Shown: positions 39,263 through 49,334 of the stretch, piece after piece | Numbering within the stretch: position 1 is the first letter of the stretch | How the letters are laid out: every line of letters begins with the position of its first letter | IMG/VR virus record: IMGVR_UViG_3300050343_000266 | Span: 1-64,000 of that record | DNA length: 64,000 nt | DNA from: a virus | Lineage: Duplodnaviria; Caudoviricetes | Reading direction: 5' to 3' (one strand) | Notes under the pieces: generated by a model | What the model was told of the DNA's origin: nothing | Database searches by the model: none | Seen by the model: only the letters and a program-made list of their open reading frames with translations | Program-made: the position numbers and the translations under genes

Positions 39263-39583
39263 ATGGATTACATCAAATTTACTAAGGACATGGAAGAATA
39301 TAATGATTGGAATCGTCTCGATGGTAAGCACTCGATCAATGATGCGTGGTTAGATTTTGGAACTACCGATCGTGTGCATAGTCCAAGTCATTACACAGCA
39401 GGTAAGCAGGAAGTGATTGATGTCATCGAAGACACCATCAAGAATGCACCTGATGTAACGCGAGGGATGCTTCAAGGACAAGTAATGAAGTACCTTATGC
39501 GCCTATGGCTTAAGGACAATCCGCTTGAAGATGCTAAGAAAGCACGTTGGTATCTTGATCGCCTGATTAGCAAGATGAGTTAA
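39263..39583 (+). CDS. DUF3310 (SaV-like / T7 gp1.7-like) protein
   Basis: VHSPSHYT.GK.EVIDVI...GQVMKYLMR..K.NPLEDAKKARWYL. Confidence 0.85.
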   Translation: MDYIKFTKDMEEYNDWNRLDGKHSINDAWLDFGTTDRVHSPSHYTAGKQEVIDVIEDTIKNAPDVTRGMLQGQVMKYLMRLWLKDNPLEDAKKARWYLDRLISKMS

Positions 39584-39993
39584 CACCTTACAAATTTAAA
39601 TATTCCGTTCTCACAAGTAAGAGTCTCATGTTCTTGCTTGTGCTCTAGTAGTTTGTTGATGATATGAGCAGAAGCAATAGAAGTGTGCTTGAACTCAACT
39701 GTAATGCCTTGATCAAATCCTGGCAACTCTGGGTCATACCATTTAACAGGACGTAAATATTCCCATGGGTCTAAGCCCTGAGAAACCCATGCATTCAACT
39801 CTTCTAATCGTTGTGCAGTTTTAATGATATGAGCTTCGTGGGCAATTTCAATAGGCACAGACTTGAATTCGTTATTGCTTAGCAGTGCATGCTTCCACAT
39901 CAATGAACCATCCTTGTGGATCAAACGACATGGATGAACACGACTACCAGATGGCATCATATAGAAAGCATCAGGAGATATATGCCTACTCAT
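39580..39993 (-). CDS. Hypothetical protein, possible degenerate peptidase M15-like fold
   Basis: HIIKTAQRLEELNAW...LRPVKWY...GITVEF; no metal ligands recognisable. Confidence 0.35.
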   Translation of the reverse strand: MSRHISPDAFYMMPSGSRVHPCRLIHKDGSLMWKHALLSNNEFKSVPIEIAHEAHIIKTAQRLEELNAWVSQGLDPWEYLRPVKWYDPELPGFDQGITVEFKHTSIASAHIINKLLEHKQEHETLTCENGIFKFVRC

Positions 39994-40664
39994 TACACGT
40001 CTCCCCTATGCTCTTCGTAATGTTCTAGGTCTTTGAACCAGTTATCACCAGCATACTCATTGTATATAATCCTACCGATGTCACGGAAGGTGTTATGGAA
40101 TAAAGTGACCTTATCAATATCACTAATGGTTGCATCCAAAGGTGGTCCATAGATTAATACATTCCAGGTTGAAGGGCAAACTGATTCAAAGCCCTTAGAA
40201 GTAGCTCGAAGTTGTTTAATGCGACGAAAAGGAATACAAACAGGATAATCCCATATAACCGGAGTCGCTCTGACGATTTCTGATGCACTAGTAAAAAATA
40301 CAAAACTGTTTATATGGTTATTGCGATACTCGTTAATGGTTTTGTTTAACCACACTCGTGTATTACGCACTGCACCCTTAGGTGCTACCCATACATTCCC
40401 ATGCCAATGTTCCTGGAGTGGGTTGGTCTCCAACGATGGAACAGACGTTGCATCTACCAATACCTGCTGAACAGGATCAGATGTTGGGTCATAGTCAATA
40501 GAGCCCATGACTTGACGAGCTCTTTCGATTAATTGAGGTGTTGGATAAAGAGGTAGTTTTAAACCACTCTCTTTAAGCTTAGCTTGTAAATTCTGCTGCG
40601 AGCGCTCGGAAGCCTTCTTGGCTCCCACCTGCTTCGACTGCAAATGTTCTTGTTCCAGCATCAC
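39993..40664 (-). CDS. Phage N6-adenine methyltransferase-like protein with a degenerate catalytic motif
   Basis: YPTPQLIERARQVMGSIDYDPTS and PVCIPFRRIK are typical. WHGNVWVAPKG stands where WxGxVWxNPPY is expected. Confidence 0.7.
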   Translation of the reverse strand: MMLEQEHLQSKQVGAKKASERSQQNLQAKLKESGLKLPLYPTPQLIERARQVMGSIDYDPTSDPVQQVLVDATSVPSLETNPLQEHWHGNVWVAPKGAVRNTRVWLNKTINEYRNNHINSFVFFTSASEIVRATPVIWDYPVCIPFRRIKQLRATSKGFESVCPSTWNVLIYGPPLDATISDIDKVTLFHNTFRDIGRIIYNEYAGDNWFKDLEHYEEHRGDV

Positions 40665-41001
40665 TGATCAAGGTAATTAGTACATTTTTTGACCAGTCAT
40701 TCTCATCAATTTCTTCCAGCAGTTTACGCAGGAACTCAACTACATCGGTGTCTTCATTCGCTTCTGCAGCATTAATATCTGCTTCTAGTGAAGTGCCTGA
40801 CATAAAAGTAGTAGAGTCGTTGCACAGATTAATTACCAGTGACCCTGCACCTTCTGCAAGCACTCCATTTGAAGCGATATTAATTAAATCAGTAAGAATC
40901 AGTTCAGCAGTAGCAGCAAGAAACTTTTGCTCTTGCTCCTTCTCCTCTCCGAATTTGTCTGAATGAATTAATTGTTGAAGTAGATCTGTACGTCTAGACA
41001 T
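40579..41001 (-). CDS. Hypothetical acidic protein
   Basis: 140-aa ORF. Confidence 0.6.
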   Translation of the reverse strand: MSRRTDLLQQLIHSDKFGEEKEQEQKFLAATAELILTDLINIASNGVLAEGAGSLVINLCNDSTTFMSGTSLEADINAAEANEDTDVVEFLRKLLEEIDENDWSKNVLITLISDAGTRTFAVEAGGSQEGFRALAAEFTS

Positions 41002-41033
41002 AATGTAATGACTCTTTCAATAGGATAAGTTAA

Positions 41034-41849
41034 TTAAAACTCTGATGTGGGATCTTCATCATTAGTTTCGTGATCTTCTGGTTGTTCAAACAAGCCTGGA
41101 GAATCTGGTTTCGTCTGACTGATGTGACGTCCGTTAAGCATATCTACCATGACAGCTTCAAAACGTTCATCAAACATTGAGTTTGGATTAAGGATAAGAT
41201 CTTCCCGTTGATCCAGTCCTTCAGACATAGCAATCTTCTCCTGCTCTTTCACTGCTTGCTGGATCATATACTCAGCAATTTGTTGCCTTAGTGTATGCAA
41301 CTCACATGCGAGCTCGAAACTTTCTAGATAGCTATCGTGGTCTACAAATACCCCAATATTTTGAGGAATAAGATGGAAGGGATTACAACAATACTTGTTC
41401 CCACAAGTAGTTTTAACACCAGTGAATCCGAGATCACCCCATGTAAACCACATCGCAACACGTTGAGGATGGTGCTGTGTCGATGATGAGATGCCATGCC
41501 TTCTCCATGCAAATTGAGGTTGCTTTGTTCGTTTGTTTATGCATCCGTTCCATTCCCAGCATTCATCTGGATCAGCCATGTCTACTAATGACCAGAACCT
41601 AAGAGCTTTTACTCGATTCTTTTTTAGTAACTTGGAAATATCAAAGGACATTCGCCCTTCACGTGCACCAGCTACGCAGCGAACACAAGCCTGGTGGCTG
41701 TCATAGCGCATGCTGTGGGAAGAGAATCTCCCAAGGGAATGTCCTGAGTAAAGGCAAAGCTCTCCCTCCTCAGCTGTATTAGACATCTGTTTGACGCGCC
41801 TGCCATAAGCATGACCGCCAACTTTTTTAGAAGGTTGAGCCTCAGCCAT
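41034..41849 (-). CDS. His-Me finger (HNH/I-PpoI-like Zn loop) domain protein, catalytic His apparently absent
   Basis: RFWSLVD...ECWEWNG...PQRVAM..TWG...GVKTTCGNKYCCNPFHL. Confidence 0.7.
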   Translation of the reverse strand: MAEAQPSKKVGGHAYGRRVKQMSNTAEEGELCLYSGHSLGRFSSHSMRYDSHQACVRCVAGAREGRMSFDISKLLKKNRVKALRFWSLVDMADPDECWEWNGCINKRTKQPQFAWRRHGISSSTQHHPQRVAMWFTWGDLGFTGVKTTCGNKYCCNPFHLIPQNIGVFVDHDSYLESFELACELHTLRQQIAEYMIQQAVKEQEKIAMSEGLDQREDLILNPNSMFDERFEAVMVDMLNGRHISQTKPDSPGLFEQPEDHETNDEDPTSEF

Positions 41850-42085
41850 TAGAAAGATCCCTCAGGTTTTACATATGTCCCACCATGAGGTGGGTATTGA
41901 TCTTCAGTGTCAAGTGATTCGAGTTGATTATTAATCATGTACTCATAACGAGTGGAGTTCTCATATTTAATTCGAACTAGTTTTGAGCTTGGGGTGTAAT
42001 ACTCTGGTTGTCCAACAACCAAAGCATTCATCCCATTAGTTTGCACACGGACACGCAGCCCAATTTTGATATCGGAAGCAAGCAT
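41849..42085 (-). CDS. Small SH3/KOW-like protein
   Basis: IKIGLRVRV...LVRIKYEN. Confidence 0.5.
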   Translation of the reverse strand: MLASDIKIGLRVRVQTNGMNALVVGQPEYYTPSSKLVRIKYENSTRYEYMINNQLESLDTEDQYPPHGGTYVKPEGSF

Positions 42086-42114
42086 ATTAATACCTTATAT
42101 ATTGTTTAGTTTAA

Positions 42115-44350
42115 TTAGAAGTCGTTCAAGATATGGGATTCATCTAAAGGATCATCTTTTGGACGTTGCCAAATACGTATCGATTTAGATTTACCATTAG
42201 CGTCTTTCCTGCTTGTTACCAAACGACGCCACCCCATTGACTGAAGTACATCAGCAACACGGCGTCCTTCACGACGTGACTGGTTGCGAGGGTCAAGCTC
42301 CAGTGCATGTGTAAGCACATCGGCTGCAGTGACCTCCTGCTTGATTGAAACGTAAGCTCCAATCTTGTCTAACCAAGGATCTGGGTCGCCAAATTCTTGG
42401 ATGTATTCAGAGATCGCAGCAATCTCACCACTGTTGAATTCATATCCAACGCCGCTACGGTAAGCATGTACCGCCGCTGCCCATAGACTATCTCGTTCTT
42501 GCTCTAATTGCTTCCAAGGAATCTGAAATCCTCCTGCAATTTCTAGTGGAACGAATCGTCTATTGCCAGTACTGTCAACAAGGAATTGATTCCTATTGGT
42601 AGTGCCAATCATCACAAAGCGACGTGGCAACTTCGATGGGAGTGATGCATATGGATAACGAACCTCATCCACTCGACTTGTGATTAGGTTCTTGAAGTTC
42701 TCAATGTTCCTGACATTGAAGTAATTATCGATCTCAGGTAAGCTCAAGCAACCATGCCATATGCAGGCGGTACTGCTCTTTCATCAGAGTCTCCAAGGGG
42801 ATGGTGATCTCTGCGAACAGGGCATCAGGTACCAAGTTTCTTGCAAACATGGACTTACCTACACCCTGAGCACCCACAAGAATGGGTAGCCAGGACATGG
42901 ATGCACCTGGGTTGTAGGCACGAGCTACTGCACCAATCATCATGCGTTGCATGGCAAGAGTTGCTAGCTGATGCTTGTTACCTAGGAAGACTTCTCCAAT
43001 ACGGTCCCAATCTTTATGCGGGATCGCATGTGCTGCACAACTATCAAGGTACCGAGTGATCGGGCAGTAACCGTTTTTACCTGCTGCGTACTGAATAGCT
43101 GACTTGATACGCGGCTCAGGAATGAAGACCCCGTACTCACAAGCAAGCTTGGTAGTCATGATGTCTAGGTCATTACCTTCGAGCTGAACAACTTTCCCGT
43201 TGGGGTCGTCATACTCAATGGCATTCGTAAGTCTGTTCTTACGTAGACCAGTCAAGATTGCTTTGACTTTATCTACGTCAGCTTCACGTTCTTTGGCAGC
43301 ATCATCACTGCTTTTCTTTGGTCGTCCACGTTTGGCAACCTTTTTGGAATCCGGTAAGGGTTCCGGTTCAAACTGCATAGTTTCTCCTTTTGCTTGTCGT
43401 ATAACCTCTTCAAAACTGACCAAAGGATCAGTCTCTGTATAACCAACTGCTCCACCAGATGCACCAAAGCGCACATCACGGGGAAGCTTACTAGTCCAAT
43501 TAGGATCTTGCTTTTTTGCAAGCGAATACAGTTTAGTATGCCCAGCATATTTGCCGAGACCTTTCCACTTAAACGCACGAATGTTTTCTTCTTTGTGACC
43601 GTGGTGGCCACGAATGACCCAGTCAACCCAGTCATCAAACAGAACGCCACCTACACCAGCACAAGCTGCCATGACAGGCACGTAGTAAGACTCGTACTCA
43701 TCGTCGTCAGACGGACGTAGGAACTCTCGAAGGAGCCACTGACATCGCCTTACGTCAATATCCTCACAGTCTGAATGTACAAACTCTGTAGGTTCGTCGT
43801 AATCAATGTCAGTCAGTAGGAATTCAGGTACCAATGCACCATCATTAAGACGATGACGGGTAGCTGTATTGCCATACCAAAGGCGCTCAGGCTTTTGTCC
43901 ACAGTTATCTTTGAGATCATCGAGCTGCAGATCGGCAAGCAAACGGTTAACGATTAACCAGTAAGCACCACGATGCTGTCTAGAAGATTCAAGATCAATT
44001 TCTAATGCAAAGATCGCACGGAATCTGTGCTCTTCTTCTGTGTGACTTGCAGAAGTATAAGTAGCAAGGCACCACTCTTTAGCAGTTGTGGTTTCCCAAA
44101 ACTTATCAAGAGTAGTGTCGCCATCAAAGTCAATGACAATGATGTTGCTACCAGCTGCATTATCTGCACGCCTGTGTCGATCAATAAAATGAGTGGCGCA
44201 CCAGCCGTAGCCATGCTCCACCCATCCAAGTAGCCAGTCAATGCTGACTAATACATTTGACCAACCACGAGCAACCAGTTGTGGGTTGCTTTTATTTTGG
44301 CAGTTCTTATTGACTGCTATCTTCAGTATCTTTTGCACTCTCCATCTCAT
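42115..44350 (-). CDS. Primase (AEP/PriCT-like) fused to a VapE-family helicase; one apparent indel near 42740
   Basis: IDFD and YTSASH...RFR primase motifs; Walker A GAQGVGKS; WLLEL(P)EID split across frames; IGTTN and DSTGNRRF. Confidence 0.9.
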
Positions 44351-45059
44351 GAAATTGTTGGGCTCTTTTCAAAAACTTTGCTTCGAATCTGTCCAGCTGA
44401 TCGGTATCTATAAAGATACCTTGAGAGGTTTCTGGAGTAGAGACAATAATCAAAGCTACATCACATTTATATCCTGTTCGTTCAGCTAACGCGAGGCGGT
44501 ATGCCGCCATTTGCTGAGCGCACTTTTGATACTTCCTAAATCCACCAAAACCTAAGCGGTCTCCTTTCTCAGGAAACACAGCAGAGTAAGGAGCGTTACT
44601 GGTTTTAAAGTCAGCAATTATCTTTACCCCACCTATCTCTCCGATCAAGTCAGGACAACCAGCGTACAAATGTTCTGTTGACCAGACATATGCAACTTCG
44701 CGGTCATCGCTTCTGAGGTGATTCCAGTCAGGACGCAAAGGACGTTCCGACCAATGAAGTGTATCAAACCAATCTAGGTATGGTGTGATTCCATTCCAGA
44801 AGTCTTGATATTCTTCAGAAACTCCGGGATCTAATCCACGGAGATAGTTTTCACAACCAAGGTGAATAGCAGAGCCACGAGTTGAGGCTGCTTCTAATGC
44901 ACCAGGGTTGTTCTTCTGCCAGTTACGTAAGCCAGCCTTAGCCTTTTCAGTTTCTGTAGCAGACAGGACTGTTGTAACCGAAGGCATATACAGACCTGAA
45001 CAAAGGTACTTTCTATAACCGCTCGGAGTTTGTATCCGATACGGCTTATCAGTAGTCAC
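44307..45059 (-). CDS. PD-(D/E)XK exonuclease
   Basis: PSVTTVL, RGSAIH, YAGCPDLIG..IIADFKTS, QMAAY. Confidence 0.85.
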   Translation of the reverse strand: MTTDKPYRIQTPSGYRKYLCSGLYMPSVTTVLSATETEKAKAGLRNWQKNNPGALEAASTRGSAIHLGCENYLRGLDPGVSEEYQDFWNGITPYLDWFDTLHWSERPLRPDWNHLRSDDREVAYVWSTEHLYAGCPDLIGEIGGVKIIADFKTSNAPYSAVFPEKGDRLGFGGFRKYQKCAQQMAAYRLALAERTGYKCDVALIIVSTPETSQGIFIDTDQLDRFEAKFLKRAQQFHEMESAKDTEDSSQ

Positions 45060-45426
45060 CCTCTTCTACCTGCTCTTGAAAGTTCTGCGAATACGTTGCG
45101 CCTGTATCTGTAACAGTGGTTTGCTCCTGAAACATGGCATACAGTTGCCCCACTGCGTTACCTACGGCTTCTGTTACCTGTCCAATTGCTTCAACACGCT
45201 GAGTCATAAACGAAACTTCGTTCCTCATATCTGCAACTTCTTGACGCAATGCAATGGTGTGATCCATCAGGGAAGGCACTTTTGGAAGGGGCCTTGTTGC
45301 TAGTGGTCGTTGCGGAGCATCGGGTACAACGGGTTCAGCAGGAACGGTTGCTTGTGCTCCTGCGATGATCTGTGCAATACGCGCCTGCATTTCAGGTGGC
45401 AAGTTATCCATATTTGAATTAGTCAT
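45049..45426 (-). CDS. Hypothetical coiled-coil protein
   Basis: 125-aa ORF in an operon. Confidence 0.6.
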   Translation of the reverse strand: MTNSNMDNLPPEMQARIAQIIAGAQATVPAEPVVPDAPQRPLATRPLPKVPSLMDHTIALRQEVADMRNEVSFMTQRVEAIGQVTEAVGNAVGQLYAMFQEQTTVTDTGATYSQNFQEQVEEGDY

Positions 45427-46163
45427 TAGAATTCAGTTTCCTCTTCTACTTTTTTAGTTGCAGTTGTTGTCCCTACATGGGCTCCACGTTTGTCGGTTCC
45501 ACCAGCAGGAAGACCTTTCTCATCGACTTGTTTGCCATCGAAAGGATCCTTGCCTTCAAAGAAATTAGGAAGCCAGATGGTGTCCTTCTCTTTGTCCCAA
45601 GTTGACTTAATTTTATCTGGCACCTTACGGACCTTCGGTAGGATGCTGTATGTAGTTTCCAGACCGGCTCCCTTGCGGCTAATCTTAATTGAAAAATTAG
45701 CAAGTCCGTCTTCTGTCCAAGTGTAGTCTTCAATTTCTTGAAGAATTTCTGTGAGCTGTTCTCTAAGTGATTTTTGTTCAATGAAAAGTACCTCTAAACG
45801 ACCGCGAGCTGCACTAGTGCCAACCCAAGCGAGGAATCGCCGGGGCTTGACATAAGTTCCATCGATTTTTGGTCGATCGGGCTTGGACCAATCGGTCTCT
45901 CGTGCGATGTCTTCGGGCTGCCCAGGATGAGTGCGAGTAACAACGTAGCCGTTGAAACGCAAATCACCAGTCTTAGCATCACGGCATTCGGATGCGTACT
46001 GCCAACCCACGATTGCGTGTCCCGTTTCGTAGCAGCCGAGTAGCCGGAACTCTTCTGACTCGCCATCTTTAAGACTGCTTGGTTTCCAGTAAGGTTGTGG
46101 TTCTCTTGTTTCAATTTTATCTTTTGTCTCCAGCATTTCTGGAGGTAGGACTTGTAGCGCCAT
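45426..46163 (-). CDS. Putative ssDNA-binding protein
   Basis: LKDGESEEFRLL, KISRKGAGLETTYSILP; acidic C-terminus ending EEETEF. Confidence 0.6.
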   Translation of the reverse strand: MALQVLPPEMLETKDKIETREPQPYWKPSSLKDGESEEFRLLGCYETGHAIVGWQYASECRDAKTGDLRFNGYVVTRTHPGQPEDIARETDWSKPDRPKIDGTYVKPRRFLAWVGTSAARGRLEVLFIEQKSLREQLTEILQEIEDYTWTEDGLANFSIKISRKGAGLETTYSILPKVRKVPDKIKSTWDKEKDTIWLPNFFEGKDPFDGKQVDEKGLPAGGTDKRGAHVGTTTATKKVEEETEF

Positions 46164-46216
46164 ATTGATGTTATTTAGACTCTACAAATATAAGTAATAC
46201 AAAGGATAAATGTGAG

Positions 46217-46837
46217 CTATGAAGCTAATACTTTGTGCCCATACCAGACAACTAAACTATACCGAGTACCTTCTCTAAGCATATTGACTCGATGCTCACA
46301 TTTAGAAGGGAAGACTACGAAGTCTCCGTATTTCATTTTGAATACACGGATATTAGAATCACTGCCATCTTTAATAAATAATTCAGCACCGTCATACATT
46401 TCAGAAGAACTTAGGCATACACTGATGCTTAGCTCTCTAACAAAATCAGTAACGTCATCATCATAATAATCTTGATGCCAGTCATAATGATCGGTGACTT
46501 CATCGTAGATAGTAAATTGATATTCCCTAGCTGAGTCGGAGATATTTAAATTAAAGAATCCTACGTTGATTTCTTGAATTAACTTGTCAATAAGATCAGT
46601 AGCCTCTTGAGATTCTGTTAGCCAATGTAATTTTCCTTTTCTTATCTCTAAGTTGAGATCATCACCAGACTCATCGTCTTCAGAGTCACCAATGTAAGCC
46701 TTTGATAGCTCTTCTACTTGACTGACTTCATTAGCTATTACTTCATCTATAAACTCTGCTGTTTTAAGACATAGCCTTCCACTAACAATGTTGTCTGTAA
46801 CCAGGTCAATATCAAAGGCTGGATATTCTGTAAACAT
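46217..46837 (-). CDS. 2OG-Fe(II) oxygenase (prolyl-4-hydroxylase-like)
   Basis: HYDWHQD, LSISVCLS, YDGAEL, FPS..EHRV, GTRYSLVVW. Confidence 0.85.
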   Translation of the reverse strand: MFTEYPAFDIDLVTDNIVSGRLCLKTAEFIDEVIANEVSQVEELSKAYIGDSEDDESGDDLNLEIRKGKLHWLTESQEATDLIDKLIQEINVGFFNLNISDSAREYQFTIYDEVTDHYDWHQDYYDDDVTDFVRELSISVCLSSSEMYDGAELFIKDGSDSNIRVFKMKYGDFVVFPSKCEHRVNMLREGTRYSLVVWYGHKVLAS

Positions 46838-46893
46838 AAGCGTCCATTTTTTGGCATTAAAAAAGGTCTCGCGTAAGACCTTTTTGGGTATAT

Positions 46894-47553
46894 TTAGTAG
46901 TCAGGCACAGGGTCTACTTCGCCGTAGCCCTTTGCTTGGCCCGTTGTTCGAGCTTGAGAATTAGATCTCTCCTTTTCTTTGCGAGTAGTGAAGTCGTTTG
47001 CAACGATTGCACGGTAAGGACTTGCGTCACCTTCCTTTCGGTATTCACGAAGATAGCCATGGACGCATATGCCACGTCCACTGCGGATTCGATCGCTAAG
47101 TTTAGACTTCCTGCTTTCATGGAGTTCCATAAAGAGCCAGGTAGTGACGTCAGCGTTATCTAGGGTAGTCCCAATTTTGGTTGCGATTTGTCCATTCTTC
47201 CGTTCTTTAATATCGTTTGATCCAAAGAATGCATTACCCAGGACAACCTGATTGCAATACATATCCTGTGGGATGTTGAACTCGACGGTAGTCACCATCA
47301 GATCCAATGGCTGTGCTGTGTCTTCAGAGAAAACAAGGTAGCCAGTGATCAGTGCACGATTACCTTTCTTCCATTCGAGGAACGAATCGAGCTTGGGACC
47401 GGATCTGTCGTAACAGAGAACTCGGAGTTTGACCTCGTTGTCACCACTGCCAGCGGGGATAACAGCATCAGCCCCGCGATAGTCCAACCCATAAGCATTG
47501 ATCGGATCTGAAATAATGGATCTGAGTTCAACTGTGGCTGCGATAAAATTCAT
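46894..47553 (-). CDS. Tandem OB-fold / SSB-like protein
   Basis: KKGNRALITGYL and RSGRGICVHGYLREY. Confidence 0.55.
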   Translation of the reverse strand: MNFIAATVELRSIISDPINAYGLDYRGADAVIPAGSGDNEVKLRVLCYDRSGPKLDSFLEWKKGNRALITGYLVFSEDTAQPLDLMVTTVEFNIPQDMYCNQVVLGNAFFGSNDIKERKNGQIATKIGTTLDNADVTTWLFMELHESRKSKLSDRIRSGRGICVHGYLREYRKEGDASPYRAIVANDFTTRKEKERSNSQARTTGQAKGYGEVDPVPDY

Positions 47554-47589
47554 TATTGCCTATATATTTATCAGTCTTTAATATAAGCA

Positions 47590-48213
47590 TTATGACCACA
47601 TGGCGCGAGATATAGTTGGTAATTCTGTGTCAAGAATCTCTCCGATCTGTCTAGCAATTTGTGAGTGCTCGACTTGAGTCCCATGACTGGCCCGCAGATC
47701 AATATAGTGCAGCCAACTTCGTATAGTACCTGACATATACATCCTAGTTTTGGTACTTAATGGAAGGACGTTACGTGCACATTCTTTGGCAACACCGTAG
47801 GCAAGCAGCTTTTTATATAGAGAATTGGATTTATCATTATGCAAGGTGATCATATCTTGCAGCTCTTCTGATAGCTCTTCAGGAAAATCATCAATAGAAT
47901 TTTGGCGATTATTTAAGTCCTGTCTACGAAGTTGGGGTACTTCTATTTCAGTGACTTCCGCGTAGCGCTGAGAGAACTCTTGAAATGAGAACGATCTGTG
48001 CCTGAGGATTTGCGCTCCAATAGCTCTTGTAGTCTGAATCTCGACGCACATGGACGCCATTTCGAATGGACTCCAGTGCTTGTGCTTGATGAGATATTTG
48101 ATGAGACGTTCGACATTGGGATTATCCTCGTTAGCTGGATTTGATACTCGGGCAAGTTTGCCGATTAATCTTTCGGCATCAGGTGTTACCCATACCAGTT
48201 TAGCTGTGTGCAT
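47590..48213 (-). CDS. thyX: Flavin-dependent thymidylate synthase
   Basis: HWSPFE, QILRHRSFSFQEFSQRY, KECARNVLP. Confidence 0.95.
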   Translation of the reverse strand: MHTAKLVWVTPDAERLIGKLARVSNPANEDNPNVERLIKYLIKHKHWSPFEMASMCVEIQTTRAIGAQILRHRSFSFQEFSQRYAEVTEIEVPQLRRQDLNNRQNSIDDFPEELSEELQDMITLHNDKSNSLYKKLLAYGVAKECARNVLPLSTKTRMYMSGTIRSWLHYIDLRASHGTQVEHSQIARQIGEILDTELPTISRAMWS

Positions 48214-48296
48214 GAATTGCTAGGAGTTGACGTAATTGTTTGACAGTTAATTTATTTGCACGTTCTCTGACGTAGAGACAGAGATCGTCTATGTAA

Positions 48297-48584
48297 TCAC
48301 TCTTCAGTTTTGATTTTGCCATATAAATTTGGTCGTATTTTTCCGTAACCAGACTGAATTTTAATTAATTCACCTATGCCTTTGAGCTTATCGTAGTAAG
48401 CATCAAAGATATCTACCATTGTGTAGGCACGAACTACATCATAAGCAGTAGTTCCAGCAACAATGTAAGTAACGATATGGCAATCAGATGGTAAGTCGCT
48501 GTCAACAAAGGTCTTGGGATTAATCTCTTGGTCTACTATTTGAATCTTGATCTTTTCTTTAACGGTAAATTCAAGCGGTGGCAT
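48297..48584 (-). CDS. Hypothetical cyanophage protein
   Basis: LPSDCHIVTY...YDVVRA..VDIFDAYYD...GYGKIRP. Confidence 0.6.
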   Translation of the reverse strand: MPPLEFTVKEKIKIQIVDQEINPKTFVDSDLPSDCHIVTYIVAGTTAYDVVRAYTMVDIFDAYYDKLKGIGELIKIQSGYGKIRPNLYGKIKTEE

Positions 48585-48585
48585 A

Positions 48586-49317
48586 TTAAGCGTACTGAGG
48601 TAAGTTTTGGTTGGCAGTCTCAAAAAACGCTGGCATTCTTGAGGCGCGAGTATCAATTAATCCTTCTGCTTTACCTCTGGAGTAGAGCGAATCTGAATTC
48701 GCCAGCCAGAAGTTAGACGACAGATGCTTATGCTCTGCTTCACCTTTAAGGGATTGAAGGCACCAAGCAACCGTAGCTCGCCTAAGGTTATTGAGGGTTT
48801 TGTCAGACTTAAGTCCAAGCGCTTCACACACGAGTGTGTTCGCTGCGACATGGGTCTGTTCGTCTCTTGAGATGTCGGCAGATGTTGTGCGTAATCCTGT
48901 ATCTCCCAGTCGTCGGAAGATGGGCAGTAAGACGAAGAAGACTGATCTCTCAAGTACCACAGCTTTGAGAACAGGATGGCGGTCCAACTCAAGCCAGGTT
49001 TTACAAATGTGTGCAGCTTCTTTCTCAAACCGAGGGGAGACTCCGTGTGCAGCAGCTGCGAAATTAAGGGCAATGTCATGTTTCTCTTCATCAACAACGT
49101 TAGAAGCAAGTAGTTCCTTACAGCCTTTAACGTCAGGCAGATCGCCCTTCATAGCGTCAGTAATAAAATCACCAACGGGAATCTCAAGACAACGTAGCGC
49201 TAATGCACGTTGAATGACTTCTTCGCCACCATCAAGTAGCTGACCAGCTGATACTTGAACCGGAGTCCAGGTACGCTTGCGCTGGTGAAGATGAATGTAA
49301 GGAGTTTCTGCTTTCAT
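48586..49317 (-). CDS. nrdB: Ferritin-like ribonucleotide reductase small subunit (cyanophage minimal type)
   Basis: CLE, DEEKH, LERSVFF, ISRDEQTH diiron-type ligands; adjacent to the RNR alpha gene. Confidence 0.85.
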   Translation of the reverse strand: MKAETPYIHLHQRKRTWTPVQVSAGQLLDGGEEVIQRALALRCLEIPVGDFITDAMKGDLPDVKGCKELLASNVVDEEKHDIALNFAAAAHGVSPRFEKEAAHICKTWLELDRHPVLKAVVLERSVFFVLLPIFRRLGDTGLRTTSADISRDEQTHVAANTLVCEALGLKSDKTLNNLRRATVAWCLQSLKGEAEHKHLSSNFWLANSDSLYSRGKAEGLIDTRASRMPAFFETANQNLPQYA

Positions 49318-49334
49318 TGGATTGGGTATAAGGT

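Noticed and set aside
42734-42747. Split of the primase-helicase as a programmed frameshift
   Set aside because: The break falls within the Walker B region (LEL-PEID), so a truncated product is implausible; likely an indel error
44307-45059. Cas4 as part of a CRISPR-related system
   Set aside because: No Fe-S cysteine cluster and no array; a typical phage PD-(D/E)XK exonuclease in a replication operon
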